A DNA stretch of 32,961 nucleotides, taken from sequence record SRR31156797_9239, one strand, 5' to 3'. Position numbers and translations under genes: made by a program. Position 1 is the first letter of the stretch, and every line of letters starts with the position of its first letter. The notes under the pieces were generated by a model that saw only the letters and a program-made list of their open reading frames with translations, made no database searches and had not been told where the DNA came from. Positions 1-8,927 of this stretch are shown here, one piece after another.

Positions 1-258
1 GGCCACTTCCTGGTCACAACCCCAGTCAGACCCCTTGACGGTGTCTGCAAAATGAACGTCAGGGCAATCACCCTCACCCATAACCGAGTTGCCCAAGGAA
101 GCCTGCATGCCTCCCTGTGCGGCAGAAGAATGGGAACGACGAGCCGGGACCAGGCTCAAACAGATGGCGGAGAAACCAGCGTCAGCCGCTTCTACAGCAG
201 CACGCTCGCCCGCCAGACCTGCGCCGACAACAAGAAAATCGGTGTAGATAGTCTGCAT
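1..258 (-). CDS. frdA: Fumarate reductase flavoprotein subunit, 5' part (runs off the left edge)
   Basis: Not in the ORF track. Translated by hand from ATG at 258: [56 protein letters not shown]...[15 protein letters not shown]. Has the GxGxxG FAD motif and SHSxxAQGG (covalent FAD His). GGAG SD upstream; directly follows frdC. Confidence 0.96.
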   Translation of the reverse strand, partial: MQTIYTDFLVVGAGLAGERAAVEAADAGFSAICLSLVPARRSHSSAAQGGMQASLGNSVMGEGDCPDVHFADTVKGSDWGCDQEVA

Positions 259-269
259 GGCTATTTCTC

Positions 270-920
270 CTAGTTAACGCTCAGGAACAGGAAGCGGACC
301 AAGGTGATCAATCCGATACCAACGAAGAGCAGAGTAAGCATATTTTCACTACGCTTGAACTTGGGACGATCCTTGTCCTTCACAAATCCCCACTTCACGC
401 CGATACGGTAGAGACCAATGCCGACATGCAACTCTGCCAAAGGCAGAAGGATAAGATAGAACACGGCCCAGAAGCCACCCTGAATACGGGCAGCGGACTT
501 CGCAGCGGTGATAGGCAGATCAGTGAGAATCACCCACATGTGGATGGACCCCATAACCAAAATAATCATGGCGGAGACAACTTGGACTACCCACAACCAA
601 GTGTCACCATGACGCATCATCCGGGCATGTTGCCAGATGGTTTTCTGACCATCAGCACGAAACGGAATCTTCCGTGCGGCCAGTACAAAGTGTGTCAGAA
701 AAACAAGAAAAATAAGCGGACCGCCAACCTGAGCCATACCTGTCGCCTCAAAGAAATGAGCGATAGCATTCATGACATTCGGGCTGATAACAACACTGGA
801 AACCAGTAGCATGTGACACCACATGAACAAAATCAGACTGACGCCGGACAGCATCTGGAGCCAGTCCAATGCGCCATCCCACTTGCCGGATTTGCCAGCT
901 GGTGCGTAACTGATGGACAT
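270..920 (-). CDS. frdC: Fumarate reductase/succinate dehydrogenase di-heme cytochrome b membrane anchor (Wolinella-type)
   Basis: About five hydrophobic helices. His residues in WCHM, LTHF, SIHM and ELHV, plus the ELHxxxGLYR motif. GAGG SD; upstream of frdA. Confidence 0.93.
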   Translation of the reverse strand: MSISYAPAGKSGKWDGALDWLQMLSGVSLILFMWCHMLLVSSVVISPNVMNAIAHFFEATGMAQVGGPLIFLVFLTHFVLAARKIPFRADGQKTIWQHARMMRHGDTWLWVVQVVSAMIILVMGSIHMWVILTDLPITAAKSAARIQGGFWAVFYLILLPLAELHVGIGLYRIGVKWGFVKDKDRPKFKRSENMLTLLFVGIGLITLVRFLFLSVN

Positions 921-972
921 TCAATCCCTCCGTTAGGTTAAACACAGAAGTTCCCTCGACAATCAATCACTA

Positions 973-1002
973 AACCTATGCTTGCCAAAGGTTTTTTGTC
1001 AA
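973..1002 (-). promoter_or_regulatory. Putative sigma70 promoter of the frdCA operon
   Basis: Minus strand TTGACA-N18-TAGGTT, about 50 nt upstream of the frdC ATG. Confidence 0.55.
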
Positions 1003-1347
1003 TATCTCCAAACATCTCTCGCAGGGTCTCCCCTCTGAATGCAGGATAAGGAAAAGCAAAAAAAGCTATTGATTGCACGGTCAAACAATGCTCTTTGAGT
1101 GCAATATTTTTTTCTCACTTTTTCTTTTTTTTCTTGGAGAAAAGAGAAGATTCAAACAAAACACGCTGCAATCAATGACGGATAATGGTTTTCATTTGAG
1201 TCGTGCTCGGTTACGGTGCCCCTCTGCTCAGATAGCTGTAAGTCTACTTAAACTTGCCAGCACGATTTTCCGACTTATCTTGTTGGAACCCAATTAACCT
1301 TTGAAACAAACTCTTCACGAACATGATGAACCATACGGAGACTGCCC

Positions 1348-4035
1348 ATGTTCCGAACATTATTATTGCTGGCCGGTCTAACCATGATCGTAACCGGCTG
1401 CCAAATTACACACATGAATAAAACACAGACTACCGACCTCTCGCCAAGCCATAAGCCCACCCTGTCCGCAACCACTCAGGGTGATACAAACATCGTCAAG
1501 CTCAAAAACGGAATGACTGTGCTCATCAAGGAAGATGACCGCTTCCCGCTGGTCAACGTCCGTCTGTATGTCCACGCTGGCAGTGCTTACGAGACTCCTG
1601 AAATTGCAGGAATCAGCCACCAACTGGAACACATGGTTTTTAAAGGGACGGAAAAACGCGGTCCCGGCGAAACAGCCCTTCAAATCGAATCTGCAGGCGG
1701 CATGCTCAATGCAGCTACAAGCTTCGACTACACTGTCTATTATGTAGAAGTGCCAGACGATAAATGGGCACTCGGTATGGACGTCGTCACAGACATGGCA
1801 TTCCATCCCGCAATTGATCCCATTGAGCTTGAGAGTGAAAAAAAAGTAGTTCTTGAAGAGTTGGAACGCGGCGAAGACACCCCCAGCAGTAAGCTCTTTA
1901 AAACCCTACAGTCCATGATCTGGAAAGGTTCCTCATACGAATGGCCCATTATCGGCTATCGAGAGACCGTTCAATCCTTCACACAAAAAGACATCAAAAA
2001 ATATATTGCCGATCATTATCAGCCGCAGTCCATGCTTCTGGTCGTGACAGGCAAAGTGGACCCGGATCTGATTCTGGCTGAAGCCGACAAATTGCTCGGC
2101 TCTCTGGAAAACACCCGTTCTTTCAACCCGCCTGCGGCTATCGCTATCCCGGAAACAGGTTCCGGACCGCAGGTCGTCAAGATGAGCGGCAACTGGAACA
2201 AGGTTTACCTTGGAGCCGCCTTCCCCATTCCGCACGGTTCATCCGGAAAAATCGCCGGACTGGAATTGCTGTCGCAGCTTATGGGTGGAGACGACACTTC
2301 TCGTCTATACAGGAAATTCAAATACGAAGAGCAGTTGGTTGACAGCATTTCGGTGTCACCTCTCTCTCTTGAACGCGGCGGCATGATGTATATTCACGCC
2401 ACTCTCGACGCAGACAAAGTCGATCAATTCTGGTCCGAACTTATGACCGAACTGGCAACTTTCGACCCCGCAGAATTCACGGATCGCGAAATCGAACGTG
2501 CCAAGCTGAATCTTGAAGACTCTTTATTTCTGACCAAGGAAACACTGTCCGGTCTTGCCAGTAAAATCGGATATTTCCAATTCTTTGAAAATGGAGAACA
2601 AGCTGAAAAAAATTACCTCTTCGCGCTCAGTCAGGTCACTCGCGACGAAATGAAAAATGTCTATGACGAATTTATCCGTCCCGACCAGTTATCTGTGGCT
2701 GTACTCGTGCCCGAAGGCAACGGCGTATCTGCAGAAAACCTGACGACCATTACCAATAAAGAATGGCCCGTAAAAGATGCGCTCAAGAAAAAGGCGGCTG
2801 TCAAACTGGCAGATGCCCCCACTGAAATCGCTCTGCCCGGCGGCAGCAAGCTTGTGCTCCTGCCCGACGAGACCCTTCCGTACACAGCCATGAGCATGTA
2901 CTGGAGCGGTGGTGACGGCGAATTGACGCCTGATCAACAGGGACTTGCCTCCCTGACCTCCACGAGCCTGACGCGAGGCACCATGAAAATGACTGCCACT
3001 GAAATTCAGGATTTCCTATCCGACCACGCGGCCAACCTCGGTTCCACAGCAGGCCGTAACGTTTTTGCTGTTGAATCCAAATTCCCTACTCGGTTCACCG
3101 ACAAGATCTTGCCGCTCATCAGCGATACACTGACATCACCGGCTTTTGACGAAACCGAAGTGAACAGGGCCAAACAGGATCAAATAGCAGGCATCAAACG
3201 CAGTGAAGATCAACCGATGGGTCTTGCTTTCCGGCACCTCTTCCCCTTCTTGTACAAAACTGGTCCTTATGCTTTGTTGCATCACGGAACACCTGAAGAA
3301 GTGGAAGGATTCACCAATTCGGATATCATTCGTTTCTGGAACAGGCAGTCCATGCAGCCTTTTACACTTGCTGTTTGCGGACAATACGATCAAGCGGCCA
3401 TTGAAGCGTTCGCCACCAAGATAGCCAAAACTTTGACCGCACAGGACAAACCGTACGAATTCACAACACCTGAATGGGGCAAGGACCGAGAAGTCACCAT
3501 GCAACTGCCGGATCGCAATCAGTCACACATCCTGATGCTCTTCCCCACTCCCGGCAAAACTGACATGAAAACCTCTGCCGATTTCGAAATGCTCAAAACA
3601 GCTCTGTCCGGTCAGTCCGGTTTGCTGTTCCGGGATCTGCGAGACAAACAAGGACTCGCCTACACTGTCACATCCATGTTCTGGCAAAGCACAAACACCG
3701 GCTTCATCGCCCTGTACATCGGCACCAGCCCTGACAAGGTCGATCAATCAATGGCCGGATTTAGAACGGTGCTTGCAGACCTGGCAGCCACTCCGCTCCC
3801 GGAAGTAGAATTGGAACGCGCCAGGAACATCATTGTCGGCAACTACTATCAGGATCATCAATCCCTGATTTCACGAAGCCGTCAAGCGGCCAGTCTCATG
3901 GCTCGCGGGTTTGATCGAAACTATGAAGAAAAACTCATTGAACACGCCAAGAACGTCACCCCTCAAGACATTCAGGAAGCGGTCAAAAAATTCATGACTG
4001 TGGACAAGGCATACATCATGAAGGTCACGCCATAG
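1348..4035 (+). CDS. M16 (pitrilysin/insulinase) family zinc metallopeptidase, fused two-half type, predicted lipoprotein
   Basis: HQLEH (inverted HxxEH zinc motif), LNAATSFDYT, a distal Glu region (VVLEE) and a C-terminal LRDKQGLAY R/Y motif. N-terminal hydrophobic signal ending in VTGC (lipobox-like). GGAG SD. Confidence 0.93.
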   Translation: MFRTLLLLAGLTMIVTGCQITHMNKTQTTDLSPSHKPTLSATTQGDTNIVKLKNGMTVLIKEDDRFPLVNVRLYVHAGSAYETPEIAGISHQLEHMVFKGTEKRGPGETALQIESAGGMLNAATSFDYTVYYVEVPDDKWALGMDVVTDMAFHPAIDPIELESEKKVVLEELERGEDTPSSKLFKTLQSMIWKGSSYEWPIIGYRETVQSFTQKDIKKYIADHYQPQSMLLVVTGKVDPDLILAEADKLLGSLENTRSFNPPAAIAIPETGSGPQVVKMSGNWNKVYLGAAFPIPHGSSGKIAGLELLSQLMGGDDTSRLYRKFKYEEQLVDSISVSPLSLERGGMMYIHATLDADKVDQFWSELMTELATFDPAEFTDREIERAKLNLEDSLFLTKETLSGLASKIGYFQFFENGEQAEKNYLFALSQVTRDEMKNVYDEFIRPDQLSVAVLVPEGNGVSAENLTTITNKEWPVKDALKKKAAVKLADAPTEIALPGGSKLVLLPDETLPYTAMSMYWSGGDGELTPDQQGLASLTSTSLTRGTMKMTATEIQDFLSDHAANLGSTAGRNVFAVESKFPTRFTDKILPLISDTLTSPAFDETEVNRAKQDQIAGIKRSEDQPMGLAFRHLFPFLYKTGPYALLHHGTPEEVEGFTNSDIIRFWNRQSMQPFTLAVCGQYDQAAIEAFATKIAKTLTAQDKPYEFTTPEWGKDREVTMQLPDRNQSHILMLFPTPGKTDMKTSADFEMLKTALSGQSGLLFRDLRDKQGLAYTVTSMFWQSTNTGFIALYIGTSPDKVDQSMAGFRTVLADLAATPLPEVELERARNIIVGNYYQDHQSLISRSRQAASLMARGFDRNYEEKLIEHAKNVTPQDIQEAVKKFMTVDKAYIMKVTP

Positions 4036-4061
4036 CGTCATAGACCTCAAATTGAAACAAC

Positions 4062-4087
4062 AAGGCCGGGAGGAGACTCCCGGCCTT
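4062..4087 (+). terminator. Intrinsic terminator-like hairpin after the M16 peptidase
   Basis: Perfect 11-bp stem AAGGCCGGGAG-GAGA-CTCCCGGCCTT with a GNRA loop, followed by TACATTT. Confidence 0.8.
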
Positions 4088-4174
4088 TACATTTCTGAAC
4101 ACTTGCCCATATCCCCTTTTCCGCGCTACATATCCTCAAGCAATACAACGACCAAATTCAAGGGGACTCTATAT

Positions 4175-4513
4175 ATGTCACTCATTTTCGGCTCACAAAA
4201 AAGACAAAATATCGCCAGAGAAGACGTCAAAGTCGACCAACGCATAAAGCTCGCCAAAGACATGTACATGGCGGGAAAAATAAAAATCATGACCACCGAA
4301 GCCATTCCGGGACGAGAAATCCTGTCCGCCTTCGGCCTGATCGTCTGCCGCAGCTACGTATTCGACAATGCCTTTTACGGCCTCATGGCCCAAGCCATTG
4401 ATGTCAATGCCGACGCCATTGTCGGCTATCGTGAAACAGTCTCATTCCATCCTGAAGGCGATAAGTACTACTCTTGTTACGGCACAGCTGTACGTATGAA
4501 AAAAGTCAAATAG
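4175..4513 (+). CDS. YbjQ/UPF0145-like (putative heavy-metal-binding) small protein
   Basis: Start reassigned to ATG 4175 (AGGGGA SD). Motifs TTEAIPGREI, ADAIVG and YGTAV are typical of YbjQ-like proteins. Confidence 0.7.
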   Translation: MSLIFGSQKRQNIAREDVKVDQRIKLAKDMYMAGKIKIMTTEAIPGREILSAFGLIVCRSYVFDNAFYGLMAQAIDVNADAIVGYRETVSFHPEGDKYYSCYGTAVRMKKVK

Positions 4514-4516
4514 TCC

Positions 4517-5125
4517 ATGGACAACGAAAGCCCCTTTTCTCGATATTTCCCGCACGGACTCGCCGCGGCCTTCACTTTGCTCTGGGGAATTCTCGCGATC
4601 AATCCGGTAATGCGTGATGTCTGGTGGGCAGAAAATCTGCCGATCATTATTGTTTTTCTACTCTTGATCGTGACCTTCAAAATCTTCCGATTCTCCAATC
4701 TTGCATACGGACTGATGGCCTGCTGGCTCATCCTGCACACTATTGGTGGCCATTACACCTTTGCCAATGTACCTTTTGATTTCATCACGGATTTTTTCGA
4801 ATTCGAACGTAATCATTTCGACAGATTGGCACATTACTCCATCGGTTTTTACGCATTTCCCATAGCAGAATTTCTGACCCGCAAACGACTGGCGAAACCT
4901 GTCGTAGTCTATTTGTTCAGCCTGTTCGCCATCATGGCTCTGGCCGCAGGATATGAAATCATCGAATGGTGGTACGCCGTCATTGCTGGCGGAGACGCCG
5001 GAATCGAATTCCTTGGGTCGCAGGGTGACATATGGGATGCCCAGACAGACATGCTCGCGGACACCCTCGGTGCCGTAACCACACTCATTCTGTTCAAATT
5101 CTCAGGAATCCGGGCCGACGACTAA
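4517..5125 (+). CDS. DUF2238 / YjdF-family inner membrane protein
   Basis: Hydrophobic; motifs WWAEN, LHTIGGHYTFANVP, RNHFDRLAH, YEIIEW and FLGSQGDIWDAQTDM. Confidence 0.85.
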   Translation: MDNESPFSRYFPHGLAAAFTLLWGILAINPVMRDVWWAENLPIIIVFLLLIVTFKIFRFSNLAYGLMACWLILHTIGGHYTFANVPFDFITDFFEFERNHFDRLAHYSIGFYAFPIAEFLTRKRLAKPVVVYLFSLFAIMALAAGYEIIEWWYAVIAGGDAGIEFLGSQGDIWDAQTDMLADTLGAVTTLILFKFSGIRADD

Positions 5126-6186
5126 TCGCGCACACCTAACCTTCTATCCAACAGCAACATATCCGCAATGGTCATAGCCATCATGGCCTTGAGTACAGGA
5201 TTAATGCGTGGAATAGCCGCTATATCATGCCTGCCGCCAATGGTGATAGACGTTGCTGTTCCATCAGTGGTGACAGTACTCTGCTCCTGTGAAATGGACG
5301 GAATCGGCTTGATGAATGCCCGCGCCACAATATCCTGACCGGATGAAATACCACCAAGAATACCACCTGCATTATTGGACAAAAAACCATCAGGCCCTAT
5401 GGGGTCATTGTTGAGACTCCCCAGTGAGCAGGACGCATTCATACCGGAACCAATTTCCACACCTTTGACCGCCCCCACAGACATAAGGGCATAGGCAAGT
5501 CGTGCATCCAGTTTGTCGAACACTGGCTCCCCGAGTCCGGCAGGAACTGATGTAGCCCGAACTTCCACCACGCCACCCAAGGTATCACCCTGAGACTTTA
5601 CGTCTTTCACCCGATCATTCCAGACATCAACAATATCAGGGTCAGGACTAAAGTAGGGACGATCCTGTGCACCTTCAAAATCATACGCATTCACAGGGAT
5701 ACCGCCCAACTCCACGGTATAGGCATAAATGGCAATACCTTCGCTTCGCAGAAGCTCTTGGGCAATGGCTCCTCCGGCAACACGAGAGACTGTCTCACGC
5801 CCCGACGAACGACCGCCTCCGCGATAATCACGAAAACCATACTTGGCAGTGAATGAATAATCAGCATGACCGGGCCGAAAAACATCCTTGATTTTTGAGT
5901 AGTCATGCGAACGCTGGTCTGTATTGGGAATAGTAAACCCGATGGATGTCCCCGTTGTTCTGCCTTCAAATACACCGGACAGAATCTTGACTTTATCGGC
6001 TTCCTTGCGTGCGGTGGAAGCCAGTCCACCCTGCCCCGGCCTGCGTTTATCAAGCTCCTGTTGAATCATGGACTCATCAAGGGGAATTCCTGCAGGGCAA
6101 CCGTCAACCACGCCCCCAAGCCCGGGACCATGGGATTCTCCAAAGGTGGTCAATTGAAAAAGATTGCCAAATGTATTGCCGCTCAT
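5122..6186 (-). CDS. aroC: Chorismate synthase
   Basis: MSGNTFG...TTFGESHG, RPGHAD, GGGRSSGRET, NNAGGILGGIS and GRHD signatures. ATG 6186 with GGAG SD preferred over 6192. Confidence 0.98.
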   Translation of the reverse strand: MSGNTFGNLFQLTTFGESHGPGLGGVVDGCPAGIPLDESMIQQELDKRRPGQGGLASTARKEADKVKILSGVFEGRTTGTSIGFTIPNTDQRSHDYSKIKDVFRPGHADYSFTAKYGFRDYRGGGRSSGRETVSRVAGGAIAQELLRSEGIAIYAYTVELGGIPVNAYDFEGAQDRPYFSPDPDIVDVWNDRVKDVKSQGDTLGGVVEVRATSVPAGLGEPVFDKLDARLAYALMSVGAVKGVEIGSGMNASCSLGSLNNDPIGPDGFLSNNAGGILGGISSGQDIVARAFIKPIPSISQEQSTVTTDGTATSITIGGRHDIAAIPRINPVLKAMMAMTIADMLLLDRRLGVRD

Positions 6187-6195
6187 ACTCACTCC

Positions 6196-6855
6196 CTAAA
6201 ATTTATCGACTTGAATGATGTCTTCGGTCTTTCCAAGCAGGACCAGCACATCCCCTTTTTCCAGCACCCGATTTGCCTGCGGGACAAAACGGAACTCTGA
6301 TTCACCGGAATGACGAAAAGCAATAACCTGCACCTGATAAGCATTAGTTAAGTCTAATTCTCTCAAGGTCTTTCCAGTCCAGTCATCCACTACGACCTCA
6401 CGAGTCGCTACATCATTGCCAAGTCCAAAATATTCATGCAATCCCGGCACTGCCAACCGATGCGCCAATTGAAATGCCACAAAAGCCTCAGGAAAAACCA
6501 CGAATGGCACGCCGAGTTTGTACAACACCCGTTCGTGTTCCTGGCTAAAAGCCTTGACCCATATGTTTTTCACACCAATGGTTTGCAGATTCAACACCAC
6601 CAAAATACTCGCTTCCATGGAGTCGCCAGTGGACACGATGACCTTTTCAAGATCTTGAAATCCAATCTGGCTGAGCGTCTTCTCATCTGTGGCGTCGGCT
6701 TCATAAACCTGAGCTAGTGTATCCTGCGCCCGACGGACATTTTCTGCATCATTGTCAACACCGACCACGTTTTGTCCAAGGTCGGTCAAAGCCTTTGCTA
6801 ATGCGAATCCGAACTTGCCAAGTCCTATGACGCCGACTTCATTATTACCTGCCAT
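6196..6855 (-). CDS. ktrA: Ktr/Trk potassium uptake NAD/ATP-binding regulatory subunit (RCK_N + RCK_C)
   Basis: VIGLGKFG Rossmann motif, ADATDE, VVFPE and a C-terminal TrkA_C-like LEKGDVLVLLG. Confidence 0.9.
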   Translation of the reverse strand: MAGNNEVGVIGLGKFGFALAKALTDLGQNVVGVDNDAENVRRAQDTLAQVYEADATDEKTLSQIGFQDLEKVIVSTGDSMEASILVVLNLQTIGVKNIWVKAFSQEHERVLYKLGVPFVVFPEAFVAFQLAHRLAVPGLHEYFGLGNDVATREVVVDDWTGKTLRELDLTNAYQVQVIAFRHSGESEFRFVPQANRVLEKGDVLVLLGKTEDIIQVDKF

Positions 6856-6872
6856 GATCTTCTCCTTAAATT

Positions 6873-8237
6873 CTATCCAAACGGCAAATTTGAAGTAGGC
6901 ACCTTGTACCGCCGTTCAGTCTGCCAGCTCTGAAGAGCCGACAACAGCCAAACTGGTCCCAGTCGCCCGACAAACATAAGTATGATAACCGTCACTTTTT
7001 CCACATCATCAAGCAAGGGAGTCAGGCCGGTTGAAAGTCCTACCGTACCAAAAGCGGAAACGGTCTCAAACATATTGAGAATAAATTCTTCACGCGCCAT
7101 CAGATACGAGCTGTCTCCACTCTCCAAAGCCGTTAACACCATGGTCCCGACAGCAACCAGAATAAATGTCATAGTGGTCAATGAGACAACTTTGTTCAGC
7201 GCGCCCTGCGTCAAGGCAAAACGCCCCAACTGAACTTGTTCTCGCCCACGAAACTGTGCCCAGACAAATCCGCACAAAGCTCGGAATGTTGTTGTCTTGA
7301 TTCCACCAGCACACGAACCAGGGGAACCGCCAATGAGCATAAGCAGCATCATGAAAACCAATGAAACATTGGCCATGCTCCCGATATCAACAGTGTTGAA
7401 ACCGGCAGTTCGACAGGTTACAGACTGAAAAAGTGCGGTCCACAGATGTTCCGACAAATCTGCTGGGGCATTCCCGGCAGCTCCTTCGGCAAAATAAATA
7501 ACCACTGCGCCAACCACCACCAAAAACAGGGACGTACTCAGTACAACGGATGAATGCCAACTCAACTTCGGCATGGCCTGACGTTTTCGCACTAGCCGAA
7601 CAGCCAGCTTCCGCAAATACGACGCACAATCAATCAGCACGTAGAACCCCAAACCACCGGCGGTAATGAGTATCATGAAGACCGAATTCACCCCGCCATG
7701 CCCTGCCCATTGAGTCAGACTGTCTGAATACAAAGAAAAACCGGCATTACAAAAAGCCGAAATAGAATGAAAAATCGCTGAATAAGGAGCAAACCCCACC
7801 GGGTCCATAAGCCAGAGTGCCACAGCACCGGCTCCTTCAAAAAAGAATGTCCACAACACAACTCGTGCCAAAAATTTCGGTAGGCTGAAGGAAGGATCAC
7901 GCAACAAACTCTGTCCCACGGCGATACGATCATTCAGCGATACATGCTTGCCAAGCAAATGGATAATGAGCGTGGTAAAAGTCATGATCCCCAGACCGCC
8001 GAGTTGGATAAGCACCAACAACACATCCAACCCAAAGGTAGAGAAATACGAACCAGTATCGACCACGGCCAAACCAGTGACGCACATGGCGGACGTTGCA
8101 GTAAAAAGCGCATCCACAAAAGAAAGCGGACCGCCGGGATGACTTGCGTCAAGATGCAGGATGAATGCGCCGATCAGAATGGTTCCGCCAAAGAACCAGA
8201 CAGGCAGCCAGTATGGAGAAAATAATTTAGCGCGCAT
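6873..8237 (-). CDS. ktrB: Ktr/TrkH potassium uptake membrane subunit
   Basis: Four pore-loop motifs: TSAMCVTGL, SAFCNAGF, TCRTAGF and SAFGTVGL. Also GSCAGGIK and MFVGRLGP. Start ATG 8237 (alternative TTG 8243). Confidence 0.93.
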   Translation of the reverse strand: MRAKLFSPYWLPVWFFGGTILIGAFILHLDASHPGGPLSFVDALFTATSAMCVTGLAVVDTGSYFSTFGLDVLLVLIQLGGLGIMTFTTLIIHLLGKHVSLNDRIAVGQSLLRDPSFSLPKFLARVVLWTFFFEGAGAVALWLMDPVGFAPYSAIFHSISAFCNAGFSLYSDSLTQWAGHGGVNSVFMILITAGGLGFYVLIDCASYLRKLAVRLVRKRQAMPKLSWHSSVVLSTSLFLVVVGAVVIYFAEGAAGNAPADLSEHLWTALFQSVTCRTAGFNTVDIGSMANVSLVFMMLLMLIGGSPGSCAGGIKTTTFRALCGFVWAQFRGREQVQLGRFALTQGALNKVVSLTTMTFILVAVGTMVLTALESGDSSYLMAREEFILNMFETVSAFGTVGLSTGLTPLLDDVEKVTVIILMFVGRLGPVWLLSALQSWQTERRYKVPTSNLPFG

Positions 8238-8248
8238 GAGCAATCACA

Positions 8249-8277
8249 TTTATATGCCTGTCAGCATATCCTGTCAA
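8249..8277 (-). promoter_or_regulatory. Putative internal sigma70 promoter for ktrBA-aroC
   Basis: TTGACA-N17-TATAAA on the minus strand in the short gap between aroL and ktrB. Confidence 0.65.
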
Positions 8278-8282
8278 AACAG

Positions 8283-8804
8283 TCAGGAAAGTCGTTCAAG
8301 CTCACGAAGGATCTGGTCGACCACATCATCAAGGCTCTCACCACTGACCACAATATCAGCACATCCCTCATACAACGGAGCGCGTTCAAGCAGAACTTCA
8401 CGAATTTCATCTACCACAGATTTCCCCGTCAAGGATGGACGCTGTTTTTCATTGGGATCATTCATCAACCGACGAGCCAATTCTTCCACGTCAGCCTTAA
8501 GATAGACTGTAATGCCCCCATGCAAGACAGCACGATTTTCCTTTCGTAGAACAATCCCTCCGCCACACCCTATGACACGCCCACCGGGCAAGGCTTCACG
8601 AAGGAGAGTCTCACTCTCCCGCTCCCGAAAAGCATCCCATCCGTGACGCTCTACATATTCCGCGATTTCTACGCCTACGGTTTGCACCAAAACATGATCC
8701 GTATCCACAAAATCAATGCCGAGACGATCTGAGAGCAGCCGTCCGACACTCGTCTTGCCACACGCTCGCGGGCCAATAAGAAATATATTCTGCTGTAGTT
8801 CCAT
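8283..8804 (-). CDS. aroL: Shikimate kinase (AroL/AroK family)
   Basis: Walker A GPRACGKT, FVDTD, GWDAFRERE, GCGGGIV, QRPSLTG and RAPLY. Start placed at ATG 8804; the ORF-track TTG at 8840 coincides with a -35 hexamer. Confidence 0.92.
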   Translation of the reverse strand: MELQQNIFLIGPRACGKTSVGRLLSDRLGIDFVDTDHVLVQTVGVEIAEYVERHGWDAFRERESETLLREALPGGRVIGCGGGIVLRKENRAVLHGGITVYLKADVEELARRLMNDPNEKQRPSLTGKSVVDEIREVLLERAPLYEGCADIVVSGESLDDVVDQILRELERLS

Positions 8805-8927
8805 GCTTGGGACCGTAGAGGAAAACGACGCAGGCTTCAATCTTTCAAGCGCATTACATATTTTCCAATTCTGCCAATTACTGATAGGCTTCGACCACTC
8901 ACACGATATCCATGAAGAGAGGCGTAT

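Noticed and set aside
4052-4174. ORF-track N-terminal extensions (also for nuoJ, nuoC, nuoB, GT4, PAP2, DedA, GT2, aroL)
   Set aside because: The extensions overlap terminators, promoters or neighbouring genes; downstream ATGs have an SD, promoter geometry or better family fit.
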